Positions 41,810-52,537 are shown, counted from the first letter of the stretch. The stretch: DNA of 64,000 nt from Nitrososphaeraceae archaeon (GCA_044870765.1 JBIOZG010000028.1:16736-80735), one strand, 5' to 3'. The notes: generated by a model not told the origin, from the letters alone. Made by a program: numbers and translations.

Positions 41810-42361
41810 TTAGGCTCTCCACCAATCAAAGCTAAGAAAATATACTCTACTAGCTTTCGTCGATGTGATAGCTAGAATAAATTGCTTTTTTACTGTCGTC
41901 GCTAGCCTTCCAGCAAGAACGATTCCAGTAGCTGTTATATCATGTCGATTATCCACTACCTGTACTAAATATGGCGCATGGTCAATTCCAGGACCATGTT
42001 CATAAACAGCAAAATCACATCCAAATTTGATTCCAGGGGAGACTACATATCCAACATCTCTCAATTTTTTGAATACTAAATATTTTATATCAAAATCCAT
42101 ATACTGTTTTCTACATATCTGTTTCATCTGTTTCAAGAGTATTTTCTTGCCATTGACGTCATTTATCGTAAGCAATTTTGACTCGACCAAATAACAGCCT
42201 TCAATTAAATCGAGAATTAGAGGTGTGTCAAAATCGACTCCTTTGGGTTTGTAAATCCCAAGAGGCTTACCGTAATAGCCTAGGGAAAAAATTGACCTTG
42301 AATCCTCAATGTTCCAAATTATGATTCTGCTCTCAATGAGAGTACCAGTATAAGATTTCAT
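41810..42361 (-). CDS. endA: tRNA-intron endonuclease, catalytic subunit
   Basis: GIKFGCDFAVY..GPG.DHAPY, RLATTVKK; ATG overlaps upstream stop (TAATG). Confidence 0.93.
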   Translation of the reverse strand: MKSYTGTLIESRIIIWNIEDSRSIFSLGYYGKPLGIYKPKGVDFDTPLILDLIEGCYLVESKLLTINDVNGKKILLKQMKQICRKQYMDFDIKYLVFKKLRDVGYVVSPGIKFGCDFAVYEHGPGIDHAPYLVQVVDNRHDITATGIVLAGRLATTVKKQFILAITSTKASRVYFLSFDWWRA

Positions 42362-43014
42362 TACATGCTCAGAGCAAGTATCGTAAGAGAGTCTGAAGCC
42401 GCCTGACATTTATCAGCCATTCCCTCTATACCTTCCACGGCATCTTTGACAAGTAGAAGATCTTTGGTATTTGGAATTTCGTTTAAGGCTTTAATTACAA
42501 CTTTCCTGTAAGAGTTATCAACCTTTCTTTCTATATTCTGCACCTCCTGTGCAAGGTCTATTGTGCTTGATGGGTTTATGCTAAGAGCTCGCGCCATTTC
42601 ATTTAACTTGAAAATCGCCTCAACCACCATGTTGATGAGCTCACTAATGTCCTCATCAAATTTGCCTTTCTTGAGGGTCGCAATCTTGATGTTTGAGAGT
42701 CTGAACGCAATCCCGGTGATGTATCCAGCTATATCATCCACGATATAGGCAGTTCTCAAAACATCTTCTCTGTATACCATGAGACTTCCAGTATCTGAAA
42801 TTTCTCTGGTCATCTTACGTCTAAGATTTTCTACTTCCTCGCCGGCATTTTTCATCCTCACAAGGGATAATTCAGTCTCCTTATCTGTCCCCTTTATTAT
42901 GGAATCAGTGAGTGATGATAGATCTCTTGCTGCATTGAGAATATGAGTAATTTCATCGTGCAAAACAGCCAAGGCCTTTCTTTTAGCCTGTACCTCTAAC
43001 TCTCCGTTATACAT
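42361..43014 (-). CDS. DUF47/PhoU-like phosphate transport regulator
   Basis: REDVL...DDIA, ERKVD..YR, EGMADKC helical repeats. Confidence 0.85.
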   Translation of the reverse strand: MYNGELEVQAKRKALAVLHDEITHILNAARDLSSLTDSIIKGTDKETELSLVRMKNAGEEVENLRRKMTREISDTGSLMVYREDVLRTAYIVDDIAGYITGIAFRLSNIKIATLKKGKFDEDISELINMVVEAIFKLNEMARALSINPSSTIDLAQEVQNIERKVDNSYRKVVIKALNEIPNTKDLLLVKDAVEGIEGMADKCQAASDSLTILALSM

Positions 43015-43141
43015 ATACAGATTAAAAACGTTCAGACATTTTTAATCCTTTTCAAATTATTAATGTCAACTGATAAATAAAGATGCGGATATCTGATAGA
43101 AAAATGTCAGTTAGTGCGAAATCAGCTTTTTTGGTAAGGCA

Positions 43142-43354
43142 CTAGCTCGCTCTATTTGCCCATGCAACCACAGTAAATGTACTTACTGCAGATCCAATCA
43201 TACCTGCTATGAGTGCACCTATAACTGCCTGATTTACAAATTTTGGCATTGATGTAGTAAACCACTCTGCAATTCCGGGCAATGAAAGATACCCAGCAAA
43301 GCCGATTCCAAAGCCTACCAACCAGAATACAAAGACCGCAAATCCTCTAGACAA
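43142..43354 (-). CDS. Small 2-TM membrane protein
   Basis: 70 aa, two hydrophobic helices. Confidence 0.65.
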   Translation of the reverse strand: MSRGFAVFVFWLVGFGIGFAGYLSLPGIAEWFTTSMPKFVNQAVIGALIAGMIGSAVSTFTVVAWANRAS

Positions 43355-43594
43355 TTTTATTCCTCTCCACTCGTATTATTCCAACAAATAACCCGACACC
43401 TTGGCGGTTCATGGCAGTTTTTGTAAAAAATGTATTAAATTATGATTGTCAAAAAATGTGCATTTGGCACATCATTGATTTAATACATCTTTGTTGTCTT
43501 AAATGTCCGAAATACGAGGTAAATTGCCTATCCACAAGTACCTTTGAAGCGAATTCAAACTTATTTAACTTGATATTTTAAGATACTAGAGTAA

Positions 43595-44602
43595 TTGAGA
43601 CTAGTATTGTTAGGTTTTGGGGTGGTCGGCCAGAGCTTTGTTAAATTATTATTGTCTCATTCAGCAGATCTGTTTAATGACTACGGAATAAAGCCCAAAG
43701 TAGTTGCATGTGCTGATAACGGTGGTATCGTGACTTCCAACCAAGGATTAGACTTGGATAGATTATTGAGTGTAAAGAAGATAAAGAAATCAATCATTCA
43801 TTATGGGTCCGGTGAAGGTAGTTCCATATTGGATGTTATCGAAAATATAGATGCAGAAGTTGTTATTGAACTAACTCCCACCAATATTAAAGACGGTGAA
43901 CCTGGAAAAACCCATATCGTCACGGCCATGAAATCTGGTAAAAACGTTATTACAGTCAATAAAGGACCACTTGCCTTAGAATTTCCTTCTTTGGTGGAGT
44001 TGGCAGATTATAATAGAATAGCATTTAAATTCAGTGGAACCGTTGGTGGAGGAACTCCGATATTAGAATTTGCAAAGAGGTGCTTGAAAGGTGATAGAAT
44101 CCTCTCATTTGAAGGAATTCTTAACGGAACAACGAATTATATTCTGAGCAAAATGTTCGAAGGCCTAAATTTTTCTCAAGCCCTCCAGGTTGCATCTGCA
44201 AAAGGATACGCAGAGAAGGATCCGACACTTGACATTGATGGTTATGATGCAGTTGCAAAACTCGTTATTGCATCGAACTTGGTTATGAACATGAAATCAA
44301 CCATGAGTGATGTTAAGAGAATTGGTATTAGGAATGTACAGGCGTCAGATGTTACTAAAGAACGAAAAAAGGGGAATGCAATAAAATTAATCGCTACTTG
44401 TGATGGTAAGAATCTAACCGTTGAACCGAAGGCCATATCAACGAAGGATCCAATTTGCGTTGATGGAATTCTCAATGCTATTACATTTACATGCCAACAT
44501 TCAGGTCAACAAACAATAATCGGTAAGGGTGCAGGGGGTATGGAAACGGCAAGCTCCATCCTTAGGGATTTGATAGATATCAGAAACATAATTCGATCAT
44601 AA
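43595..44602 (+). CDS. hom: Homoserine dehydrogenase
   Basis: GFGVVG, NKGP, TVGGGTP, GILNGTTNYIL, GAGG.ETAS. Confidence 0.96.
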   Translation: MRLVLLGFGVVGQSFVKLLLSHSADLFNDYGIKPKVVACADNGGIVTSNQGLDLDRLLSVKKIKKSIIHYGSGEGSSILDVIENIDAEVVIELTPTNIKDGEPGKTHIVTAMKSGKNVITVNKGPLALEFPSLVELADYNRIAFKFSGTVGGGTPILEFAKRCLKGDRILSFEGILNGTTNYILSKMFEGLNFSQALQVASAKGYAEKDPTLDIDGYDAVAKLVIASNLVMNMKSTMSDVKRIGIRNVQASDVTKERKKGNAIKLIATCDGKNLTVEPKAISTKDPICVDGILNAITFTCQHSGQQTIIGKGAGGMETASSILRDLIDIRNIIRS

Positions 44603-44854
44603 TGTAAAATTGATTGGATCTTAAAATTCGAAAAATATTTTCAATAACGACGCCGAGTAGTAATTCAAGCTAGAACATATTTATTACCATGAAAAGGAAC
44701 GATTCAATATACATATACACAGCATCATAGTATTGCTTATTTATATTAGATCATTTTGAATCTATCTTTCATCTAAATGAATGTCAAGAACTTTCGTATC
44801 TGCTCATTCTATCAATCAGATTCGTTCCTTGTCCCTAAATGGAGTTAACTTGAC

Positions 44855-45049
44855 TCACAAGGTTTGTAATTTCTCTAAAACTGAATTAATGGCCAGTAGA
44901 TCTTGTGCTAAAAATCTTTTCTTTTGTAAAAGTCGGTATTTCATTACACTTCTATAGCTTGAAGTATATTTCTTGTGTAATTTTACTATATCCCACTCGC
45001 TGAGATCTCTGATAAATTCTTTTTCTTTGGTACCTAGACATGATGCCAT
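44855..45049 (-). CDS. Small hypothetical protein
   Basis: 64 aa ORF with ATG. Confidence 0.45.
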   Translation of the reverse strand: MASCLGTKEKEFIRDLSEWDIVKLHKKYTSSYRSVMKYRLLQKKRFLAQDLLAINSVLEKLQTL

Positions 45050-45297
45050 TCCTTAATACAAACCTGAGTTCAGTACTTAATACAGTTTATCTTAAAACTG
45101 TTCGCTGCGATTTACGAGCTATATCTGTCTGAATTCAGACCTTACAATGCGTATTATATCACTTGACGAAATGCATGAAAATCCAAAAATGAATTCGACG
45201 TCCAGAGGGGGGAGTGCATCTCCCTACCTTCATAATGCTCAATTTGTAATGTCGAATAAAAATTAAATTATATTATGATGTACATTAATGAATAGGA

Positions 45298-46641
45298 TTG
45301 ACTCAGGTTACAACAAGTGATGTGAATAGGTTACGTTTGGATTTTTTGAATGTAAGAAATACTACTTCAATTATTTTTGAACCAATTTCAATAGAAGACG
45401 CAGTAATGCAGTCTGATCCATTTGGAAGTACTCCAAACTGGCATATTGCACATGTTACTTGGTTTTTCCAAAAGATACTTGAAAAATACAAACAGAATAT
45501 AGATGCTGAATCAATAAATACAGATTATCTCAATTCGTATTATCAACGATATAGAAAGATATTGCCAAAATCAGACAGAGGAAAATTCCCGAGACCTAAA
45601 GTCTCCGAGACATTAAAATATCGGTCTTTAATCGAAGACATGTTTCTAAAATTTCTGGATAACATAGAAAGGAACAACTCATTGACTCGCAATTTGGCAT
45701 ATGATATTGAATTGGCCAATCAGCATGAAATGCAACACCAGGAGCTCCTAATTTATGATCTTCAGCACTATTTCCAAAGATTTGATGATGCAGAAGACAA
45801 CTATCAACCTAAAATCAATAAAAGGCCCAACAGTATTGATAATCCTGACGTAGAGCAAGGGATGGTGAAAATACCTGGAGGCCTGTATGAACTCGGATTT
45901 TCTGGAAGTGACTTTTGTTATGACAATGAAGTACCAGAACATAAAACCTATCTCAACGCATATGAAATTGACACGTATCCTGTCACAAACAAGCAATTTA
46001 TGGCATTTATCGATGGGGCGGGTTACGAAGATTACAAATTTTGGTTATCAGATGGTTGGGACATTGTAAATGAAAAGAAATGGGACGCACCTTTATACTG
46101 GCAAAAAATGGAAGGGTACTGGTACAAGAAAGATTTTGCCGGCCTGAATAAAATTTCACCAGATGAACCAGTTACAAATGTTAGCTACTATGAGGCCGAT
46201 GCATATTCAAAGTGGGCAGGCAAAAGATTACCGACCGAAGCAGAATGGGAAAAAGCCGCAAGCTGGAACCAAGATTTGAACAAAAAGACTATCTTCCCGT
46301 GGGGAGACAAGTTGCCTTCTGATCATAACGCAAACCTGTTGGAATCTTGGAATTGGGCACCTTCTCAAATTGGATCGTACCCACAAGGAAAAAGTTACTA
46401 TGGTTGTCAACAAATGCTAGGTGATGTCTGGGAATGGACCTCTTCTGAATATGTCTTGTATCCTGGATTTAGATCAAAGTTTTCAGAATACACGGACAAG
46501 TGGGCAATTAATCAAAAAGTATTACGTGGAGGATCATTCGCAACTCCAAGGTCCCAAATTAGAAACAGTTACAGGAACTATTTCAAACCACATGAAAGAA
46601 TTCCCTTTTCAGGATTTAGATGTGTAAGGGATCTTCTTTAG
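45298..46641 (+). CDS. egtB: Ergothioneine sulfoxide synthase (DinB + FGE domains)
   Basis: WHIAHVTWF, QHEMQHQEL iron ligands, RLPTEAEWEKAA, GDVWEW, FSGFR. Confidence 0.92.
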   Translation: MTQVTTSDVNRLRLDFLNVRNTTSIIFEPISIEDAVMQSDPFGSTPNWHIAHVTWFFQKILEKYKQNIDAESINTDYLNSYYQRYRKILPKSDRGKFPRPKVSETLKYRSLIEDMFLKFLDNIERNNSLTRNLAYDIELANQHEMQHQELLIYDLQHYFQRFDDAEDNYQPKINKRPNSIDNPDVEQGMVKIPGGLYELGFSGSDFCYDNEVPEHKTYLNAYEIDTYPVTNKQFMAFIDGAGYEDYKFWLSDGWDIVNEKKWDAPLYWQKMEGYWYKKDFAGLNKISPDEPVTNVSYYEADAYSKWAGKRLPTEAEWEKAASWNQDLNKKTIFPWGDKLPSDHNANLLESWNWAPSQIGSYPQGKSYYGCQQMLGDVWEWTSSEYVLYPGFRSKFSEYTDKWAINQKVLRGGSFATPRSQIRNSYRNYFKPHERIPFSGFRCVRDLL

Positions 46642-47616
46642 CAAGATTAAACTGTACTGATTCTTTGGATCAGTAAAGTTTGCGATTACTTGAAGACCTG
46701 CGTTCTTAACTAATCCATAAAGTCTATTTTTTGAATATTTGTAAGAATTTTCTGTGTGAATGGTTTCACCTTCTTTGAAATGAAACTCCTTACCAATAGC
46801 TCCAATACTTACTTTTTGATCTAACTTTGATTCCAAATGCATTTCAATTCTATGCTCGCGTAAATTATAAAATGACTTGTGTTCAAATGACGATAACTCA
46901 AAGTCTCCATCAAGTTCCTTATTAATTCTTGACAAGACATTCAGGTTAAATTGTGATGTTTTACCTCTCTTGTCATTATATGCCTTCTCTAAAATTGATT
47001 TGTCTTTTTCAAGGTCAAAACCAATCAATAGTGCATCGTCATTGCGAATATATTTTGATAAAGAGTGCAAAAATGCGTTCGCCTCTTTGGGATCAAAATT
47101 TCCAATGCTTGATCCTAAGAATATTATTAACCTTTTATCAGGAATGTTTCTTTTAAATTTCATAAATTCATTTATCTTGATTAGTCCTTTGACATAATCA
47201 GAGCAAACGCCAAAGATTCGCAAATTCGAATACTCTCTGGATAGGTCTCCAATAGATTTTTTTAACATTTTTAGTGAAACATCTATTGGAAAGTAAGAAA
47301 CATTCTTCCAATTTGCAAGAAAAGGACGTAACAGTATTCTCGTTTTCTGGGAATTTCCATTTCCTAGTTCAATAACGCTTATTGCTTTTTCATCCAGTAT
47401 GTCAATGATCTGACTTGCAGATTTTCTTAATATCTGAGCTTCGATTCGATTAAGATAATATTCTGGCTGGTCGCATATTTCTTCAAATAGCTTTGATCCG
47501 ATTTTGTCATAGAAAAACTTGGGCGATATATGTTTTGGTTTATCAGCTAGTCCGTTTTCAACGTTCTTTGCGAATTCGTTATTTATAATGAAATTCTCAT
47601 TGTTATAAATTAGCAT
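46609..47616 (-). CDS. egtD: L-histidine N-alpha-trimethyltransferase
   Basis: PKFFYD..GS.LFEEI...PEYY, FLGSSIGNF, AYND, IHTENSYKY. Confidence 0.95.
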   Translation of the reverse strand: MLIYNNENFIINNEFAKNVENGLADKPKHISPKFFYDKIGSKLFEEICDQPEYYLNRIEAQILRKSASQIIDILDEKAISVIELGNGNSQKTRILLRPFLANWKNVSYFPIDVSLKMLKKSIGDLSREYSNLRIFGVCSDYVKGLIKINEFMKFKRNIPDKRLIIFLGSSIGNFDPKEANAFLHSLSKYIRNDDALLIGFDLEKDKSILEKAYNDKRGKTSQFNLNVLSRINKELDGDFELSSFEHKSFYNLREHRIEMHLESKLDQKVSIGAIGKEFHFKEGETIHTENSYKYSKNRLYGLVKNAGLQVIANFTDPKNQYSLILLKKIPYTSKS

Positions 47617-47677
47617 TCTACCGAAACCTCACCCTAAATGTGCTTAATGCATATATTTCATTCATATTTTTCAAGTT

Positions 47678-48520
47678 TCAGTTTCCCGATAATTTTTTTA
47701 AATATTGTAGACCAAATTTTAAATCGTTTTTGTAGTCAGAACTCTGAAAGTTAGGCTCAAATGTCAGATACTTTGAATATTTTATCTTTTTAAGGGCTAC
47801 AATGATACTCTTAAAGTCTATGTGTGCCAAACCCGGCATCTTCCTGTTGTTATCTGATATGTGAACATGTTTTAACATTGTATTGGAGCGTATTATGGCA
47901 TTATGTATTGAATCTTCCTCTATATTCATATGGAAAGTGTCTAGCAACATTCCTACGTTTTCTTGGTTAATTAGATCAATAATGTATTTGGCGTCCTCAA
48001 CTTCCGTACAAACTGGAGTACTGTAGCGATTCAACGGTTCAATGAGGAGTTCAATGTTGTAGTCGCTAGCATATTTTGCTAATTCCCTCAGCGGCCCAAT
48101 TATAGACGATGCTAATTTTATTTTTTCACGTGGCAATAAAGTTTTGTGGTTGCTATCTGAAATGAGTGGCTTACTGCTAAATAGGCATATATTAAAAGTG
48201 CTACCCCCCAACCTCTGGCAAAGCAAAATGCATTTTTTTACATAATTCTGAGCGGCTGTTAATAATTCATTGTTAGCAGTTACCATATTGCGAAATTTTG
48301 AATATCCACTGCTATGTCCCCACATACCAGTTACTCCAGATACGCCAACAGAATATGAAGCAAGTAGATGTGTTAGATTATCCACATCAAGAGAATCAGG
48401 CTCTCCGTAAACTTCCAACGAATTAAATCCTACATTACTTAAATTTTCAAGAGTAGTTTGTATTGGTTCCAAATTTCTAAACGATGACAGGGTAATTGAG
48501 TATTTCCAGGACATGCGCAA
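47678..48520 (-). CDS. Sugar phosphate isomerase/epimerase (xylose-isomerase-like TIM barrel)
   Basis: IEPLNRY, DTFHMNIEE, HVHISDNNR..PG..H. Confidence 0.88.
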   Translation of the reverse strand: MRMSWKYSITLSSFRNLEPIQTTLENLSNVGFNSLEVYGEPDSLDVDNLTHLLASYSVGVSGVTGMWGHSSGYSKFRNMVTANNELLTAAQNYVKKCILLCQRLGGSTFNICLFSSKPLISDSNHKTLLPREKIKLASSIIGPLRELAKYASDYNIELLIEPLNRYSTPVCTEVEDAKYIIDLINQENVGMLLDTFHMNIEEDSIHNAIIRSNTMLKHVHISDNNRKMPGLAHIDFKSIIVALKKIKYSKYLTFEPNFQSSDYKNDLKFGLQYLKKLSGN

Positions 48521-48531
48521 TCAGATAGCTG

Positions 48532-49875
48532 TTATACCATACTTTTGAGATATTTGCCTATGGTAACGATACTCAAATTTTCAGCATCATTTGTTTTGGG
48601 AATGTTTTTCATATTTGACACGTAGACCGGACCTGATTCATGCTGTGATGACAATCTTCCGTGCGAACCTTTTATTAATTTACCATTCAGTGGTATTGAC
48701 TGTGTTGTTGGGTCAAAGAATAATTCTACAGGGTCATAGCCAGGTTTTCTATGAATATCAACCTTCCTGGCAAAACTTGGAGCTTTCAAAGGTTCATACC
48801 ACCAGTAGTAACTAAACCATTTATCTTTATCTGAAACTGCTATTAAATCGCCGCTTCTGACATGATTAATTCTGAATCGCTGCTTCAGCTCATCATCCAA
48901 TATTAGGTCGACACCTTTTATCCCTTCTAGAATTTTTCTCACTGAATTTCTATAATTTTCTTTAATGTATATGTGTGCCACCTGGTGATCTACCATTGCA
49001 AACGCTTTACTGTACTCAAGATCTAAGTATTCTACCCCTTCAATTCCTCTTACTGAAAGAACATCGTTCTCTCTAAGAATAGTATTCAATGGAATATCAG
49101 AACTAACATTTGTAAATCCGTATTCTGAGAAAATAATAAACTGTGTATCTTCTATTATGCCCAAATCCGATACCTTCTTAACTAATCTTCCAACTAAATC
49201 ATCAACAAACTTTAGATCGTCTTTTAAATTATTGTACGATGTCCCATTTTTTTGGAATGAATAATCTAAGTGCGGAATATATGTAAATAAGAAATTTGGT
49301 CTCTCATTTTCCAATACAAGTTCTGTTGCCTGCTCTATCCATTCGCTAGATTTTCTAGAAGTAAACGGACCCCAATACGAAGTTAAATCAAATTTTCCTA
49401 TTTTTTCTGCTATTTTTTCATAAAACCCAGCTGGTTTGCTATAACACCACATTATCATGCTTTCGTCCAAGTGCAATGGACGCGGAGTTAGTACAATATC
49501 TGCATTAGAATACATGGTATTTTGCCAGAACAGGATTGCCGTCTTATAACTACTACCGCTCATTTTTAGAGTATCCCAGATTCTATCGGCCTGAACGAGG
49601 TTGCTTGATTGTTCCCAAAAGGAAACTGCATAGTTTTGTTTATCAAATAATCCGTTTGAAATAATTCCATGCACTTCAGGATACGTACCTGAAAGGAGGC
49701 TGCTTTGTACTGTACATGTTACTGCAGGAAATACTGTTTCTAAATTCCTTGTTTCGCCTCCTCTAGAGATTTTACAAATATTTGGTGTCAGGGCCTCAGA
49801 AATATGTCTTTTCTCCAAACCTACAATATCGATAATTATTACATATTTAGCCATTAGAGTAATGGATTTTATCAA
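48532..49875 (-). CDS. Alkaline-phosphatase-superfamily phosphodiesterase, EboF-like
   Basis: IDIVGL, FPAVTCTVQ, YIPHLDY, DHQVAH, VDIHRKPGYDPVELF, KGSHG. Confidence 0.88.
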   Translation of the reverse strand: MIKSITLMAKYVIIIDIVGLEKRHISEALTPNICKISRGGETRNLETVFPAVTCTVQSSLLSGTYPEVHGIISNGLFDKQNYAVSFWEQSSNLVQADRIWDTLKMSGSSYKTAILFWQNTMYSNADIVLTPRPLHLDESMIMWCYSKPAGFYEKIAEKIGKFDLTSYWGPFTSRKSSEWIEQATELVLENERPNFLFTYIPHLDYSFQKNGTSYNNLKDDLKFVDDLVGRLVKKVSDLGIIEDTQFIIFSEYGFTNVSSDIPLNTILRENDVLSVRGIEGVEYLDLEYSKAFAMVDHQVAHIYIKENYRNSVRKILEGIKGVDLILDDELKQRFRINHVRSGDLIAVSDKDKWFSYYWWYEPLKAPSFARKVDIHRKPGYDPVELFFDPTTQSIPLNGKLIKGSHGRLSSQHESGPVYVSNMKNIPKTNDAENLSIVTIGKYLKSMV

Positions 49876-49899
49876 GAATTTAATTCTAATTATTTCATA

Positions 49900-50820
49900 T
49901 CAAGTCATATACATTTTATTTGCCAATACCAGCAATGGCGCCATTAATATTAGGACGGCAAGTCCCAACTCTATTCCAATTATTCCTGTCAAAAAAGTTG
50001 AGTCAAGTACAATAATTGACAAAATCATATTTCGCACTATTTGTTGTGTCCTTCCGGAATCTCTTCTATAAATTCTGCTGAAAGATATTAGCATTATGAA
50101 TGAAAATAGTGAGAGTATTATGAGCGATTCAAGTTTGAAAAATCCCATCAAGGAAAACAATATGATTGAAGAAATAACGATGGCAACTATAGCTGGGGGT
50201 AATAATAATTTTGCATTGTCTGAAAAACCGCGAACTTCGTATCTACTTATGAAACCTATCAAGGAGACGTAAACAAATGTAATTATCAGTACGAATGTCA
50301 GTGTGACAATTTGAGAATAGCTATCAACACTTCTAAAACTTACACTTGTTCCCAACAATATATTCATGACTCTTGCAGATGCGATGGTAAGCGGACCTGC
50401 ATGGGTATTTTTTAAGTATTTGTCATAGCCAAAAATAGTCAAAAACAAAATTGATGAAATTACTAAAGTCGAAAAGCTGACAAGTAGAGACAGTATGAGA
50501 GCTAACGTTGAAAATATTACGACTAAAACGATTGCCGATCTTCTTGATATTTTACCTGATGGCAGAGGTCTATTCGGTCTTTCTTTCTTGTCTATATCAA
50601 AGTCGTACAGATCGTTAAGCACAATGCCAACACAGTAAAGCAAGATTGAGATAGTAACTAGCAATAAAAATTGGACAAATGAAGTGAGTGTAAATGCCAA
50701 CGACGAGATGGCAGCAATTCCGACCAAAATATTTGAAGGAAGTGTAAACAGATTTGGAAGTCTGACCAGAACTAGGTAATCTCTGACACTGAAGTTTTTC
50801 ATAAAAATCATTGGTATCAA
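49900..50820 (-). CDS. UbiA-family prenyltransferase, EboC-like
   Basis: LVRLPNLFT, NDLYDFDIDKKERPNRPLPSG, YD, multiple TMs. Confidence 0.9.
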   Translation of the reverse strand: MIPMIFMKNFSVRDYLVLVRLPNLFTLPSNILVGIAAISSLAFTLTSFVQFLLLVTISILLYCVGIVLNDLYDFDIDKKERPNRPLPSGKISRRSAIVLVVIFSTLALILSLLVSFSTLVISSILFLTIFGYDKYLKNTHAGPLTIASARVMNILLGTSVSFRSVDSYSQIVTLTFVLIITFVYVSLIGFISRYEVRGFSDNAKLLLPPAIVAIVISSIILFSLMGFFKLESLIILSLFSFIMLISFSRIYRRDSGRTQQIVRNMILSIIVLDSTFLTGIIGIELGLAVLILMAPLLVLANKMYMT

Positions 50821-50884
50821 ATGAAATAAAATAGTAGATGCAAACCAACTGTATTATCGGATGGCGTAAATATTCACTCCTTGA

Positions 50885-51718
50885 CTAGAGATAGTCAAGT
50901 GATTTAATAAACTTCATTGCCTCTTGGGCCGCATATGTCGGGCAGTCCTGATAAGGATAAAGTTCTACTGTAATAAATCCATTGTAACCAATATCTTTGA
51001 GGGATTTGATGACAGAGGAGATATCTATTGCACCCTTTCCTAGCATAAGATGATTATGTGTTCTGTCCACAGCAATATCTTCCAAATGCACATGTCTGAT
51101 ATAATCTGATAATTGGGGAATTAGTCGACTTGGATCTTCTCCGACGCAGAAAAAATGTCCTACGTCAAAATTTAATCCAATGTATTCTGAATCAATATTT
51201 CTAATAAACTGAAGAAATTGCTGGGAATTTTCAATCAAAAGTCCTGGCTCCGGTTCAACAAGCACGTTCACATTTTCGTTTTCTGCAATAGGTAATACAT
51301 CCCGAATACCCTTTTCAAAAATTTTGAATTGTTCATTTTTGCCCAATTCATCCTTCTTTGTTGGACCGCCTGGTTCTGTGGATATATTCTTGGCCCCCAA
51401 TTTTCGGGCTAGTTTTATGCAATCTATTGTATGTTCTATTCGCAATTTCCTAAGTTCGGAATCATTCTCAATCCAAGATGGATGATGAGTATCCCCGATA
51501 GCAAAAAGGGTAAAGGCATTTAGATTGGAGATGCTTATTTGCAAATCTAACAATAATTCCTTGATTTCCTTACAATCCGCATCACTTAGTGTTTTTGGAT
51601 ATGCATGTGGCACGTCACAAAGTATCTCGATTCCCCTATACCCAATTTCAGACAAAGAGTTTATCGTGTCTTTTAGGGAATATTTTTTAAACGCGTTTGT
51701 ACTAAATGCAAATTCCAT
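50885..51718 (-). CDS. Sugar phosphate isomerase/epimerase TIM barrel of an ebo-like cluster
   Basis: AFSTNAF, VEPEPG, DVGH, HVHLED, H.HL..G.G, VELY. Confidence 0.88.
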   Translation of the reverse strand: MEFAFSTNAFKKYSLKDTINSLSEIGYRGIEILCDVPHAYPKTLSDADCKEIKELLLDLQISISNLNAFTLFAIGDTHHPSWIENDSELRKLRIEHTIDCIKLARKLGAKNISTEPGGPTKKDELGKNEQFKIFEKGIRDVLPIAENENVNVLVEPEPGLLIENSQQFLQFIRNIDSEYIGLNFDVGHFFCVGEDPSRLIPQLSDYIRHVHLEDIAVDRTHNHLMLGKGAIDISSVIKSLKDIGYNGFITVELYPYQDCPTYAAQEAMKFIKSLDYL

Positions 51719-51727
51719 ATTTTCTTG

Positions 51728-52537
51728 TTATGGACTCCAAAGGAAATTGGGGGATTGTTTAAAAAATTCATAGGGATTGTAAAGTGTTACCTTTTCGATA
51801 TCATTGTCGCTGAAACCTTTTTTCTTCATTTCTCTGGCAACTAAAGGAACGCTTAAAGGATCCGAGACTCCCCAATCAGCAGAGCTATTTATCATAATTT
51901 TTTCCACTCCGTTTTTTTCAATTATATCTATTGCCCTAGCAGGAGAAAGTTTTGTTACTGGGTAAACAGTTAGGCCCGCCCAACAACCAAGTTCCAGTGT
52001 TTTCTCTATCGTTTCTTCAGTGTTATGGTCAATAAGAATTTTGTTTGATGATTCTAGCATGTTCTTATTTTTAAGAACAGATTTTGTCCGTTCGATACCT
52101 TCTTTTTTATTAACGTGGGGTAGGTGTATCATCGTAAGCATATCTTTTTTTAATGCAATATCTAATTGCAATTGAAATAATTCGTTCTCCAAATCATTAA
52201 TTAAATTGTACCCAATTTCGCCAATTGCCACTACTCTCTGTCTGTCTAAATATTTTGACATGGCTTTAAGCGCATCTAGTGCAAGCGGTCTTTCGGTTGA
52301 TTCTTTCGGATTCACAGACAAGCAAACGTAGTGATCAATAGCAAATTCTTTTGATCTTTGAGTTTCAAATGATATCATGTGTTCCCAGTAATCTTCAAAT
52401 GTACCGACGGAGGTTCTTGGGCTACCCAACCAAAAAGACGGCTGGACAATTACCTCAATACCTGCCTTTGACATTATTTCATAATCATCAGTAGTTCTAG
52501 AGTACATGTGTATATGCGGATCAAAAAAACGTCCCAA
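51728..52537 (-). CDS. TatD-family hydrolase, EboB-like
   Basis: DPHIHMYSRTTDDY, NPKE, GEIG, DHN.E, NSSADWG.SDP. Confidence 0.9.
   Translation of the reverse strand: MGRFFDPHIHMYSRTTDDYEIMSKAGIEVIVQPSFWLGSPRTSVGTFEDYWEHMISFETQRSKEFAIDHYVCLSVNPKESTERPLALDALKAMSKYLDRQRVVAIGEIGYNLINDLENELFQLQLDIALKKDMLTMIHLPHVNKKEGIERTKSVLKNKNMLESSNKILIDHNTEETIEKTLELGCWAGLTVYPVTKLSPARAIDIIEKNGVEKIMINSSADWGVSDPLSVPLVAREMKKKGFSDNDIEKVTLYNPYEFFKQSPNFLWSP

Noticed and set aside
45205-45231. GC-rich stem-loop upstream of egtB as a riboswitch
   Set aside because: Single short stem (GGGAG/CTCCC) with no recognisable aptamer; cannot be supported
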